DNA of 64,000 nt from Lingula anatina (taxonomy: Eukaryota > Animalia > Brachiopoda): NCBI GenBank assembly GCA_051362555.1, contig CM120644.1, forward strand, positions 13,476,567 through 13,540,566. The letters are read 5' to 3'. The number at the start of each line of letters is the position of its first letter. Position 1 is the first letter of the stretch. Below the pieces are notes generated by a model, which worked only from the letters and a program-made list of their open reading frames with translations, searched no databases and had not been told where the DNA came from. The position numbers and the translations under genes were made by a program. Below are positions 1 through 12,415 of the stretch, piece by piece.

Positions 1-369
1 AATAAAAAGAAGGGGAACATTTTATACTGATTTTATTTAATTCATATATTTAAAAAAATCAAACACATGATAACCCAAAAAAGAAGTTAAATTGTTAACA
101 TAGATATAAGTATTATAAAATGAATATTATTGAACTTTTCATTGAACTATATTCAAATATTATTAATTTTGAATATTTTAATAAAATTAATTTAACAGTA
201 CCCCCTCCCCACTTCCCGCTCAGGGTATTTTTTTTTTTCTTTTTTTTTTTTTTAAGCTGTGGTTAAACTTCATGTAATCTGTTATCAAATTGCATATTTA
301 CAATTAGTAGACCCTGTACCCCAAATCCTAGGAGAAGCCCTGATTGGAACTATGTTAAATCAGACTTAG

Positions 370-582
370 ACCCCATTTCCAGAGATTAGATCGATCTACT
401 TTAGATCAACCTAACTCCCTGGGGGTTCATGCTAAATAGATGTCAGCCGAGCGGACACGAAAGTTAATTACCCCCTTACAGCTTGTAGTAGGTGGGACGG
501 ACATTTAAGCCGGATTATCTGACAGTAATCTAGTGAGACTCCCCGCGGGGATAGATCGATCTAAAAGCTCTTGGAATACAGC
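370..582. mobile_element. ~210-bp MITE with imperfect terminal inverted repeats
   Basis: Left end ttccagagattagatcgatcta versus right end tagatcgatctaaaagctcttggaa (imperfect reverse complements); flanked by TTA on both sides; no coding capacity. Confidence 0.5.
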
Positions 583-869
583 CTTATATGCAAGATTTAA
601 TCTTCAGGAGTTCACAAGTATGAAAAAACAACTTTTTACCTGAAAATAAATTCACTTTAAGGTGCATTTTCCCAGCTCATTTGATTGAGTATTTTGGTAA
701 TAAATACATTAAATGTATGACTACACTTATTAATTTACAAAGTTTTGGGTATGAATAGAAAAAAAAATATTGGTTTTGTTGGACAGGTTGGTTTGAAAAT
801 CGGACAGGTCAAATTTGTGACCACCTGTCCGCAGGACAGGTGCTCATAAAAGTTAGTGTCTAGCCCTGC

Positions 870-1059
870 CAGTGGGGCGGCGTCCTTTGTGCGACCAAAG
901 AACTGGCATCATTGTGGTCGTAGAAAGGAGGTACAAGCATTGCTTTGGTTGAAAAAATGAATATTTGGTGATTGGCCAGTTGTCAGAAAGTTAAGTATTT
1001 TAATTTTGTACTCTCAAATGGATCCGTACTACAGGACACAGAAAGGACGCCGTCCAGTG
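870..1059. mobile_element. ~190-bp MITE-like element
   Basis: cagtggggcggcgtccttt at ~870 and aaaggacgccgtccagtg ending at 1059 are near reverse complements. Confidence 0.5.
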
Positions 1060-1139
1060 TAAAGGGCCCCTTAGCTAACTATGAATTAATCTACCCCTGA
1101 CAGTTTGAAGAAGGCTATGACATTATGAAAGTTTCAAAA

Positions 1140-3720
1140 TCTTCATAATGGGCTGCTTTTTTTTTTTTTTTTTTTTTCAGAAAATTTGCTGTTGTTTTTG
1201 CTTTTTTCAGCATACATGCAACACTGTAAACACAGTTCAAGGAGAAGCAATAGGTCTATTGTCATGAAACTCACAGAACTGATGATTATTAGTAAAAGGG
1301 TTGTCAAGATCAAAAATCGGCATATCCGGGCCATTTTTTGTCAAAAGTTATGCTGTTTTTTTTCTGCCATTTTCAGCATATAAGTAACACTGTAAGCACA
1401 TTTCAGGGAGAACCGATAAGCCTGTTGTCATTAAACTCACAGGAGTGATCAATGTTACCAATATACAAATCAAGTTTGAAAATAGGATTGATTGGTTGAG
1501 TTTTGTGGAAGTTGTGCCTTGTTTTGATATATATAAGTGGTTTTCCTCAGATTTGATTGTCAGGCATGTTGACAGTTTCGTTATTGAACTAACTAGATAT
1601 GTAAATATGTTAGTGTTTGTCTGAAATTTTCTGCATCTTTACAACATTGCTAGTTGATTATATAAATATGACGGTAAACATGTTATCATGTACTGTGTAA
1701 TACAGTGTCTCAAAATGGAGGCAATGGGGTGATTATTTTCAAAAGTTTTGCATTTTTTCTCCTTTTTTCATTGTACATGCAACACTGTAAACACATTTCA
1801 AGGAGAACCAATAGGCCTCTTTTCATAAAACTCACAGAACTGATGATTGTAAGTAAAAGAATGGTCAAGATTGAAAATCAGCATGACCAGGCCCTTTTCT
1901 TTCAAATGTTATGCTGTTTTTTTTCAGCATATAAGTAACACTGTAAGCACATTTCAGGGAGAACCAATAAGCCTGTTTTCAAGAAACTCACATGAGTAAT
2001 CAATGTTATCTATATACAAATCAAGTTTAAAAATAAGATTGATTGGTTGAGTTTTGAGGGACTTCAGCTTTTATTTGTATATAAATGGTTTTCCTCAGAT
2101 TTGATTGTCAGGCATGTTGACAGTTTCGTTATTGAACTAACTAGATATGTAAATATGTTAGTGTTTGTCTGAAATTTTCTGCATCTTTACAACATTGCTA
2201 GTTGATTATATAAATATGACGGTAAACATGTTATCATGTACTGTGTAATACAGTGTCTCAAAATGGAGGCAATGGGGTGATTATTTTCAAAAGTTTTGCA
2301 TTTTTTCTCCTTTTTTCATTGTACATGCAACACTGTAAACACATTTCAAGGAGAACCAATAGGCCTCTTTTCATAAAACTCACAGAACTGATGATTGTAA
2401 GTAAAAGAATGGTCAAGATTGAAAATCAGCATGACCAGGCCCTTTTCTTTCAAATGTTATGCTGTTTTTTTTTTCAGCATATAAGTAACACTGTAAGCAC
2501 ATTTCAGGGAGAACCAATAAGCCTGTTTTCAAGAAACTCACATGAGTAATCAATGTTATCTATATACAAATCAAGTTTAAAAATAAGATTGATTGGTTGA
2601 GTTTTGAGGGACTTCAGCTTTTATTTGTATAAATGGTTTTCCTCAGATTTGATTGTCAGGCATGTTGACAGTTTCGTTATTGAACTAACTAGATATGTAA
2701 ATATGTTAGTGTTTGTCTGAAATTTTCTGCATCTTTACAACATTGCTAGTTGATTATATAAATATGAAGGTAAACATGTTATCATGTACTGTGTAATACA
2801 GTGTCTCAAAATGGAGGAAATGGGGTGATTATTTTCAAAAGTTTTGCATTTTTTTTTCTCCTTTTTTCAGTGTTCATGCAACACTGTAAACACACTTCAA
2901 GGAGAACCAATAGGCATGTTTTCATGAAACTCAGAGAACTGATGATTATTAGTAAATTAAAAAGAATGATCAAGATTGAAAATCAGCATGACCAGGCCCT
3001 TTTCTTTCAAATGTTATGCTGTTTTTTTTTTTTTTCAGCATATATGTAACACTGTAAGCACATTTCAAGGAGAACCAATAAGCCTGTTTTCATGAAACTC
3101 ACAGAACTGATGATTATTAGTAAAAGAATGGTCAAGATTGAAAATCAGCATGAACAGGCCCTTTTCTTTCAAATGTTATGCTGTTTTTTTTAAGCATATA
3201 AGTAACACTGTAAGCACATTTCAGGAAGAACCAATAACTTAAAGCCTGTTTTCATGAAACTCACAGAACTGATTATTATGAGTTAAAGAATGGTCAAGAT
3301 TGAAAATCAGCATGACCAGGCCCTTTTCTTTCAAATTTTATGCTGTTTTTTTTTTTCAGCATATAAGAAACACTGTAAGCACATTTCAGGGAGAACCGAT
3401 AGGCCTGTTGTCATTAAACTCACAAGAGTGATCAATGTTATCTATATACAAATCAAATTTAAAAATAAGATTGATTGGTTGAGTTTTGAGGGACTTCAGC
3501 TTTTATTTGTATATAAGTGGTTTTCCTCAGATTTGATTGTCAGGCATGTAAACAGTCTCATTATTGAATTTACTAGATATGTAAAATGGGTTGTTTGACA
3601 ATTTCTGCATCTTGACAATATTGCTAGTTGATTATATAAAAATGGTGGTAAACCTGTTATCTTGTATTGTGTAAAAAAAGTGCCAAAATGGAAATGAACT
3701 CGTATCATTGTAGTTTGTCA
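1140..3720. repeat. Higher-order tandem repeat (satellite), ~548-bp period with internal ~150-180-bp subunits
   Basis: gtgtctcaaaatggagg recurs at 1705, 2253 and 2801 (548-bp spacing); subunit motif aacactgtaa(a/g)cacatttca(a/g)ggagaacc occurs about twice per unit and is amplified on its own at ~2870-3400. Confidence 0.92.
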
Positions 3721-4504
3721 GATTCAATCATTCACAATGTTCGGAATGGAGGAAATTGGACATTTAAACTTGTTATATTGATATTTTTGCCATCTCAACA
3801 ATTTTCTTAGTTGATCATGTGAAATGGCAGTAAACTGTATTATTTTATGTAAAAAAGTTAAAAATGGAAAGAAACCCATTTCAGTACAGTGCTCTCTTGT
3901 ATACATTTAGCATTTTCAAAGTATGACTTTGGAGTTCCATGAACCTGAAAACCTTTGCTAGTCACATTTTCTGAATATTCATGATACTAATATTTTATTA
4001 TAAAAAATTGATGATCATTATGCTGTTAAGCATTATATAATATTGCATCAAATTGGAAGAAAGCACAATTTTGGGTGCTGCTGGCATGATGTCCTCAATT
4101 GTAAAATTGTGTACTGTGCAAGTCTGTATCCAATGGACGACACTTTGTGTTATCAAAATATAAAATTCATGATAATAAAAGAGTGCTAAATAGAAAATAA
4201 GCATTATAGTATGAAAATAAAATGTTTGAAAACGAATTTCTTTGGTCTTTTATTTTATTTCATCAGTATCCTTTCTTTTCCTAAATTAATTGATGTTTTA
4301 TCTCATAATCTTCAATTCTAAAAAAGTGGCAAAGCCCAGCATTAAATATTGTATAACTGTTCATTTAATCATCACCTCTGGTGTTATTTTGGAATTTACC
4401 TTAAATATGAAAGAATTTCATAAAAATGTGAATTGCTGCAAAGTAACGCTATATAAAATTTGCTTTGCATTAAAAGTACAATCATTATTACATGTAGATG
4501 CATG

Positions 4505-4735
4505 CATGTCCTCGGTTGTAATGTGTAGTGTCTGTCCGTGTGTGTGTCCGTGTGTGTCCTCGGTTAGAATGTAAAATTCTTGTCAGCAAAAAATTAGTTT
4601 TTATAAAAAATTAATTTATAACATTCATACTCGAATAGATTTTACCCTAAATTGAATGTTTTTATTTTGATTTAACCAAGGAATAAGATGTCCTCGGTTG
4701 TATGGTGTTGTGCTGATGTCCTCGGTTGGTACACA
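4505..4735. repeat. Four short direct repeats tgtcctcggtt, possibly subterminal repeats of a DNA transposon
   Basis: tgtcctcggtt at ~4507, ~4555, ~4689 and ~4717. Confidence 0.5.
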
Positions 4736-5574
4736 TAGACAAGTATGTGTGTATGTGTATGTGTGTGATTGAAGCGAATATAAGGCAGCTTAATTTTGGT
4801 ATCTAAAATTTATCTCCAAAGCTGACTTAAAACGTTTTGTGAAAGATGGTCCAGGCCTCGAACAGTGGCCCAGCCTTTGTTTTAAACCCTTCCAAAGGAA
4901 TTAGGGAAGCTATATTTGAAGATAGCTACGTCCCAATTTCAACAGGACATACAGTTCTGGGAATGAGTCGGCTTCCCGCATTCGCCGGACTTCATATTCT
5001 TTAATCCTCCATTCTTGCTACCTCGACAAACCAAAGGACACATCACATTTATGAAGTATATTGTACAACTGTATATACTAGTATACAGCATGTCAATGTA
5101 CAAAGTGACTAGTGTGTTATTGCAGTGAGACTACCCGCATCTTAATTACCATAGCGACTGCGCTGATAGTACACAATTACCCGCATCTTCTTTGAGATTT
5201 TGGACGATTATGCGTATTGAAAAAAAGTTTGACAGGGTTTGGAATGTTCTGAAATTATAGGGTAATTACTTGATCTATTCCGATGGGGGAAAATTGTGAA
5301 TTTTACAGATACTGCATTTTTGATTAAGTCTAGTTTCTTAAAATTAGATCATTGTTATTGATTAGAAGCAACAAAATTGAAAAGCAGCCTACTCCATAGT
5401 GCTGTACAGAAAAGTATTGCTATATCTATACAGTGAAACACCACACATCGATCTTATATGGAAATAGAATTCTGCGATTATAACATAATGTATCTGAAAG
5501 TTTGATAATTTTTGCCCATTTGCCTTAAGCTGTGTCTTACTAACCCAAACCATTTATATATGTATAAACAATAC

Positions 5575-6956
5575 CTGTAATGTTCAGTACATATATTATA
5601 TCATTTGGTGTCTCCATGGATAGGGAAAATCGACTCGTGCTTGCAAACGGCGCCAAAATGGTCGTGGACGATTTTTCAGCAATGGGAGTGTCCCCTTTTT
5701 TCCATTGCAGGTTATACCCTGGCATCCACGCCCCGGAGAATATACATTGTAATTCCACTCTCTCCCCGGAACTTGTTGAAACCGTTCCTGGTGTAACGGT
5801 AAGATTAACATTTTGCTGCCCATTGACTGAAACGTAAAAGGAAGACATTTTGCAATGTACGGGAATGGAATTGATTCATGACCATTTTTCTTTGGATTGC
5901 TTATATCTAGAAAATTTGTGTTGATTTAAACCACTATATACCACTTCTAAAACAGATGGCAGATTCAGGATATGGATGAGACAATTACTGAATTAATGGA
6001 TTACTACACAGTTTTGGAAACAACGAGGAGGTAAAAGATATATTACTGGGGGGGGGGGGGGGGGTTATTAGCATGTTCGGACCAAGCACATTGATGTCAA
6101 TTAAGGTGGATAAGGGGGAGGGGGCGATATAAAATGTTGAAAAGCCTTTTTGTTTCTGCAATGCTTTCTGGGTGATCTGTAATTACACCACTGTAACAGG
6201 CTTCGCCCATGTGTATAATTATTACACTGACGGTCTAGCCTTCGTAAGGTCGCCAAAAAGAAGTATAAGCTGATTATACATGTGTAACAGGCCCGAAAGA
6301 ACCCCCTTATTTGCTGGGAAAAGGTCCCCTCTGGGTAAAATTTTATCTAGGCACACAAAGATGTCATAGTAAAATGTCATTTTTTTTTTCATAGTACCCC
6401 CACCCCCTGTGGTTAAAACATGTTTTAGAGTATACTTACATTTGGTAGAAGGTGGTATTAGGGGAGAGAGGTATATTGCCCATGGTTTCAAACTGATTAC
6501 ATTGTTTTTCAAAATGATGTTTATGTAGAACATAATCAAGGAAATTTATGTTAGGAATTACATGATCTCCCAAAGTCACGTAATACTTGGGTAAATGATG
6601 GGGAAGCGGTCACATGTCAAGTGGATTGAATATATAATGTAAGTCAAAGTAGGCTGAATGATTTGCGGTACTCGATTTGCTGAGTGATGTAAAAGCAAGC
6701 ACCTCATAAAATTATTAAGACACAACTGAATACATTACTCAATTACCGACATATTTATATACAATATATAATATCTAATACACGCTAAACTAAACTGCGC
6801 ATCAGAAAGGCTTATACATTTGCCGTGATACATTTTGTTCTATTAAATATTAACGCAAGAGACAACACTGAACACAGAATGCAATTGTAGCTTCATACCT
6901 GTCAATGGGATGCCTCCAAAGTAGACGATAATGCCGAGAAGCCCACGGAAACTCAT
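5575..6956 (-). CDS. Immunoglobulin-superfamily (V/I-set) secreted or cell-surface protein, first two coding exons; remainder not identified in window
   Basis: Exon 1 6956-6899 (MSFRGLLGIIVYFGGIPLT, signal-peptide-like, phase-1 GT donor); exon 2 5826-5575 (phase 1-1; GERVELQC...LQWKK...SRFSL...YVLNIT, Ig B-strand Cys, C-strand Trp, D/E-strand motifs). The exon with the DxGxYxC strand was not found. Confidence 0.75.
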
Positions 6957-8221
6957 TGTACTTGTCAAGGTGTGGCCAACACAGGTACATACGAAACCTA
7001 CTCTTATATTTTGATGTGTGAAGAACTTGAAAAAATATGCCACCTCTTCCTATAGACCTTTATACACAGACAGATGATGATGATGTGGGTTCTATATAAA
7101 GATCTCATATGACCTGGAGTACGGCTGAATTATTTAAGTGTGTCGTAGATCGGCAGAGTCGTGCATTGTGTGTGGCGTTGATTAATGCAAACAAATAATG
7201 CATTTCTGTCGATGCTTGCGTGTTCCCTGTTGCGTGTGTACATCACAAACTAATTAAGTTTCTGTTTGCGTTTCTTTTTTCTTTCATCCGACCATCCATC
7301 TATCTATCCAGGTGTGTGCATTCAATCAAAACACAACATTTCGTTATCTATATTTTAACAGACCCACTTAGCCAGCTAGGTCTGTATAAAAAGGTAATGG
7401 CTGGTATATTTTGAATTGATTGCTTATTAATGTACTAAAGTATCGCTGAATCATTTGCTTCTCCATCTGCTTGGCTAAATAATGAGTTTGTTTATTATAC
7501 TATATCTTTGCAGAAATGTTGGGCAAGTGAATCAGTTCCAAAGCATGAACCTATTGTGTTTCAGAGACTCGTGAGGGTCAAAATTTCAAAGGGAATCAGT
7601 CCAATAATAAAGACTCCAATCAACTCCTTTTCTGTTTTCGTATCGTATTTTAATACACGTGCGTACTGGTATACAAATAGACATTCTGATATTGTTTGTG
7701 CCATTATATTATTGTTGAAATCATATATACAAACATTGGCTGAAAGGGACTTTGACAGATGGTCATAAATAATCATGATTAGTACACAACTCTTTTCATT
7801 TTACCATTAAAACAACCTTAAGCTTAGTCAAACAAGAAAGAAACAACAAGCTTTTCGATATTTTTTCTTTCTGAATTACCATATTTTTCTTTCAAGTAAT
7901 GTGTAAAAAGCATCTCCCCTCTCATGCTAGACAATTACGTCACTATCCACTTCCTAACCTATTGCATTTTATTAATAATTACATTAATTACCACGTATAG
8001 AGAATGATAACTTTCAATATTGTAACCATGTTGGAATGTTATAACAATGTATTCTCCAAAATATATTTCAATTGTTTGTAGCTTGCAATACAACAGAATT
8101 ACAATTGTGAAGCTAACAAGCATAATTGCATTCCATCTGTTATCATTTATACGTCTCTTGGGTTTCCATTTTTTGTGAGTCTCATTAATATACATGTAGT
8201 ATTGGTATTTCTTATTTCTGT

Positions 8222-11134
8222 TCAAGTGACCGTAAAATTCCCAGCACAGGGCACAGTGACATCAGATGGTTTAAACTGGATCATCAGAAAGAAATAAGTC
8301 AGGAACATGCCGATTATCTGAAAGAAATGACGGTTTATTAGCCTTACTTAGATTAGATTATTAGCCTTACTTATTTTCAAACACTTAACAAACGCTTCTC
8401 TCTTGCACTGAAAATGGTATCAAAATATCATTGTTAAAACCAACAATTTTTAAAATTTATTAAAACATCAATCCAAGCAACCATTGACAAAATGGCGCTA
8501 TAGACTTCATATATTAATATACCTTTAAACTATTGCAATATATAATGTCAGAAATATTACTTAAAACCAGACAAAATTAATAATTTGGTTAATCCCTGTA
8601 AACAATGTCCACGTCTTTTTCTTCTCGTGTTACGTTTAATTAGCAAAGAAAATAATTGTTAAGTCGTTCGATCTTTCCATTATCTTTCTTTTTTTATTTT
8701 AATATTTAGATGAGATATTTAAAAGACAGGGTGTAAGCTATTTAAGAGCGTGAAAACAGCTCCGGTGTTTTTTGTCTGTGATCAGTTGTAAATGTTTCCC
8801 TCTTACCAATCTAAATTCTAATGCATTTCTTAATTTGAAACAATGTTGCAATAAGAAAAATATGATTTTTTGTCGAAATGAGGGGTCTCACGCTCGATAA
8901 CAAACTTATCAATTTTGTATTTCTTTACTACATATATTATTGATCCATTTTATAACATTACTGTAACCATTACATTGTAACCATTTAAAGTAACTGAACC
9001 TTGTTTCTACATGTTTCACTCACCGTCAAAATAGTAGGTTTATCTATGGTAAACATCCCCAGTGCACTAAATCCTATTGGAGTTACACTTAGCTTGTTCA
9101 GGAACATCTGAAACTAAATAATTTGTAATCATTTAATGACGGTGTGAAACGCTTGCATTATTTTGTGTAAAGCATTTTATTACAAAAGTTTTATTGTATT
9201 TCACTAATCATAATTGCATGCTGCTCTTTAGTATCCTTATCGCCGATCAATGAGATCAATAGCCATTTGTTCAAATTCACATTACAAAATCCCATTGATA
9301 TTTTGCAAAACCGGTGTAACGCGACAGAGAGTTCCCCATGATAGAGAGTCAGCTTCCCATTCATGTCTACATGTTAGCCTCGATCGCCCTAGATTTTGAC
9401 CCATTTAGGTCATGCTTACCATTATAACTAAATAGAGGGCGGACATTACGTTACACGGACCCTCAGTTTCGTTACACCGGCTTTGGTCAAAAAGTGTTAA
9501 AAACAATTATTTTTTAAGTTGTGGAATGCTATAGAGAAGACTAAAACTTGTGAACATCGATGGGATTAATTGGTGTTTCCAGACAGTTGCCGTGAGCTTG
9601 AGAGAGCAAAATATTATTCCAATCGGCTTTTATAATGTTTTAAAAGCTTAAGTCACGCCTATTGAACTAAAGCATCGATTTCTTCCATACTACTTAAAGA
9701 AGGTATTTTATTCCAAACGAGACAATCAATATGAAACTATATGTTGCAATTACTGTTTTATTGGCAAAGCAAATGAGTTTTATCAGTCGATTTCACTCCC
9801 ATTTGCTGGACGATTAACGTTTCGTTTTTAGAGCAAGGTTGGTCATAGGGGACTGTAATTAACAGATGGTAAACTGGTGGGCCCCAGAAGAATGCAAGTG
9901 ACATTCAAAATTTCATAAAGGACAAAATAAATTCCTCGATTACATTATTTTTTGACGGTTGTTAATTGAAAAAAATCTTTTTGTATCTCTGGGAGCATAC
10001 CAGCCGAAGACGTGACTTGTTTGAATCCAGAATATTATCTATAATTTGAAATGTCTATATTTCTATGTGAGACACCACCTTATTTATCTTTAGCCCCTAC
10101 CTGGTGGTAAATGTTATACCATTTATTCTTACCGGAATCAACTGGCTATCGGGTATGATGTCCAGCTGAGCCTCGTTGAGCTCCAACAGTGGGGAATGTG
10201 CCTATAAAGAACATATATAGAACATAATTATTACAAATACACTTTGTTAAAATTAAACATAAATTATATGTATATATGTGTGTGTGTGTGTGTGTTAAAA
10301 CCTAAGCAACAATAAATTAATTCAATTATCTGTAAAATTATCCTAATTCAACAGTGGTGTATTTTTGTTTCAGCAGTAACGTGTTTGGTTCCATCAACCT
10401 CGTATAGGTCCAGTAAACTCATCTCTTTCTCAGTAAGCACGCCTGGTTCCGAAGTAATAAGTAAGCGGCTGGGCCCATTGTATCCCAAGCAATATAACCG
10501 TTTCTTCCCACTTGCACAAGCCCAAATCTGCCGGTTCAATACAAGTAGGACATCGTTAGATCGAAAAGCATGCATTGAGTATTTTTACTTGAATGCATTT
10601 TAAATATTGGATCAGTTGTCAAAACAGTTCAATAAAAAGGAAATTATCCGTTAGGCATTGGAGGAAGAAATACTGCCAATTCATTGTTTTTTGGTTTCCA
10701 ATGTAAACAAAATCGGGTGCAAGTACTTTGCGTATTGATCAATGCACTGAAAATTCTCAGGTGAGGAAAACTTCGATTGTTTTTTACACATCCTCGAGCT
10801 ACAAAAAATCGAGTTCCAGACATGTCTAAATTGTCGTTCAATGTTATACAAAGCACTGGTTTTGAGGGATTTAGCAAGATGATCTCTACATATGTAGAAT
10901 AAATTACAAAAGCGAAGACGAGACGACATCCCATCTAGCTGATGTCCGATTGTTGATCCAACTCCAATAACGGAAAAAGAAACTGATGCAATTTTGTCCC
11001 TGAAAACTTTGTTTTTATCGACACTAGTGGGGTGATTTAATTTAGGTTGAGAGATAGAGAGATGTAGAGATGTACTCCGTTGCGTGCATGTACATACTAT
11101 CGTAAGGCAAATTGTGTGTGTGTGTGTGTGTGTA

Positions 11135-11203
<69 letters not shown>

Positions 11204-12321
11204 CTGACCTGATCGTGAACTAATGCCCCAATGGAAATGACGCCCAGTTGCATTACGGCCTGTACTGCCCAAGATATCATTGCCAATATGTCCAAGGGTG
11301 TACCGGCCACGTCGTCCAAATGATAAATCAACAAGTAGCATATGAGGCAACAAAGTCCTGTATTTAAAACCAAAGTGTAGGCCACGAAGAAACTGAACAT
11401 CCCGTCGGCAATGTCAAATAATTTACAGAGTTTCAGATGACGGCGTCGGTGAAACTCCACACGGAGAGGCTCACCTGTTACAAGTGCTTGTTGTACTTCC
11501 TCTTTAAACTCATCGTTGAATGCCTTAAACAGGTTGTAGAACAGAATGCAGAAGAATGTATAAATGGCATATGGCACAAAAGCAGCAAGACTCGTGTAAA
11601 AACCGCCAAATGCCACAAATGCATTCAGTATAGTAACATCGGTGCTGGAAACTGTGACATTCACAACGTAGTGAAACGGAGAATAGAGAAATACCGGCGT
11701 TAATTCATTTGACATTAAGTAAACCATGTAAACAAAGTTAAGGACATTATAAAATACCACAAATGCTGCTGCAATTTTTGTCTTTAGATCGAGTTTGATT
11801 GCCTCCATCACGCTAGGAAGATCTCTTTCCAACTGGGTGCATTCCCTCCAGATCGCTGGCAACCGGTCGTTGTAATAACAAGCACAGTAACAGAACGTAG
11901 CTTGAAGAGCGCAAACCAGGTACCAAACCGCAAACATAATTTTATAGTACAGTGCTGGGTTTGCTACACTCTCATTGCCATCAAATGCAACCAGTCCACG
12001 TGCTATGAAATGTACCCACATATAGGACACAGCAATGAAACTATAAACGTGTAAAGCGGACACTTTCTGCTTCCCTGGTTCGTCCCTCTTCGCCGAGACA
12101 TCGTGAATTTTGGCGCCACTCCTTTTCTCGTGGTAAAGTCCAAATATTGTCATAACAACGCGTAACGGCTTAAAACTTTTATACACCTTGGAATCTTCTA
12201 TGGCCAACGCCTGACCATTTTGTCTCTTAGATAAAGCCTCGGGTATACACCTCGTATCATGTTGTCTCCCAACCATGTCGAATCCATCAAGAGTTGGTAT
12301 AGTGACTTGAACGTCGGCCAT
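8222..12321 (-). CDS. Gustatory receptor-like 7TM chemoreceptor, copy 1 (GRL1), 455 aa
   Basis: Exons 12321-11209, 10201-10133 (AHSPLLELNEAQLDIIPDSQLIP), 9113-9024 (FQMFLNKLSVTPIGFSALGMFTIDKPTILT), 8317-8222 (IIGMFLTYFFLMIQFKP...*); three phase-0 GT-AG introns near the 3' end and the TM7 TYhhhhhQF signature are diagnostic of the GR/GRL family. Confidence 0.92.
11113..11202. repeat. Compound (GT)n(GA)n microsatellite just inside GRL1 intron 1
   Basis: Directly visible; equivalent (GA)n tracts at ~18762-18806, ~32830-32872 and ~37590-37619 in the paralogues. Confidence 0.95.
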
Positions 12322-12354
12322 TTTTTCCAAAGTGAATGGCGATTAGAAACACAG

Positions 12355-12415
12355 ACGTGAGCTGCTGTACATTTATATGAGCGTTATATTGATTTATAAA
12401 CGTTGACCCATTAGT
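12355..12415 (-). promoter_or_regulatory. Putative GRL core promoter (TATA box plus conserved upstream motifs)
   Basis: Minus-strand TATAAA at 12372-12377, ~50 bp above the ATG; TATA-like boxes at equivalent places for GRL2 (19980-19986), GRL3 (34041-34046), GRL4 (38784-38789), GRL5 (43676-43681) and GRL6 (50849-50854). Confidence 0.6.

Noticed and set aside
1143-3708. Repeated short ORFs (MSQNGGNG...) and a CRISPR-like appearance
   Set aside because: Products of the tandem repeat; units are contiguous with no unique spacers and frames shift at poly-T tracts.
10681-11208. C-terminal extension of the 549-aa ORF (SLSLSL...HTHTHT...)
   Set aside because: Read-through into intron 1 across the microsatellite; a consensus donor at 11208 and conserved downstream exons explain the real protein. 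The same applies to the tails of the other exon-1 ORFs.
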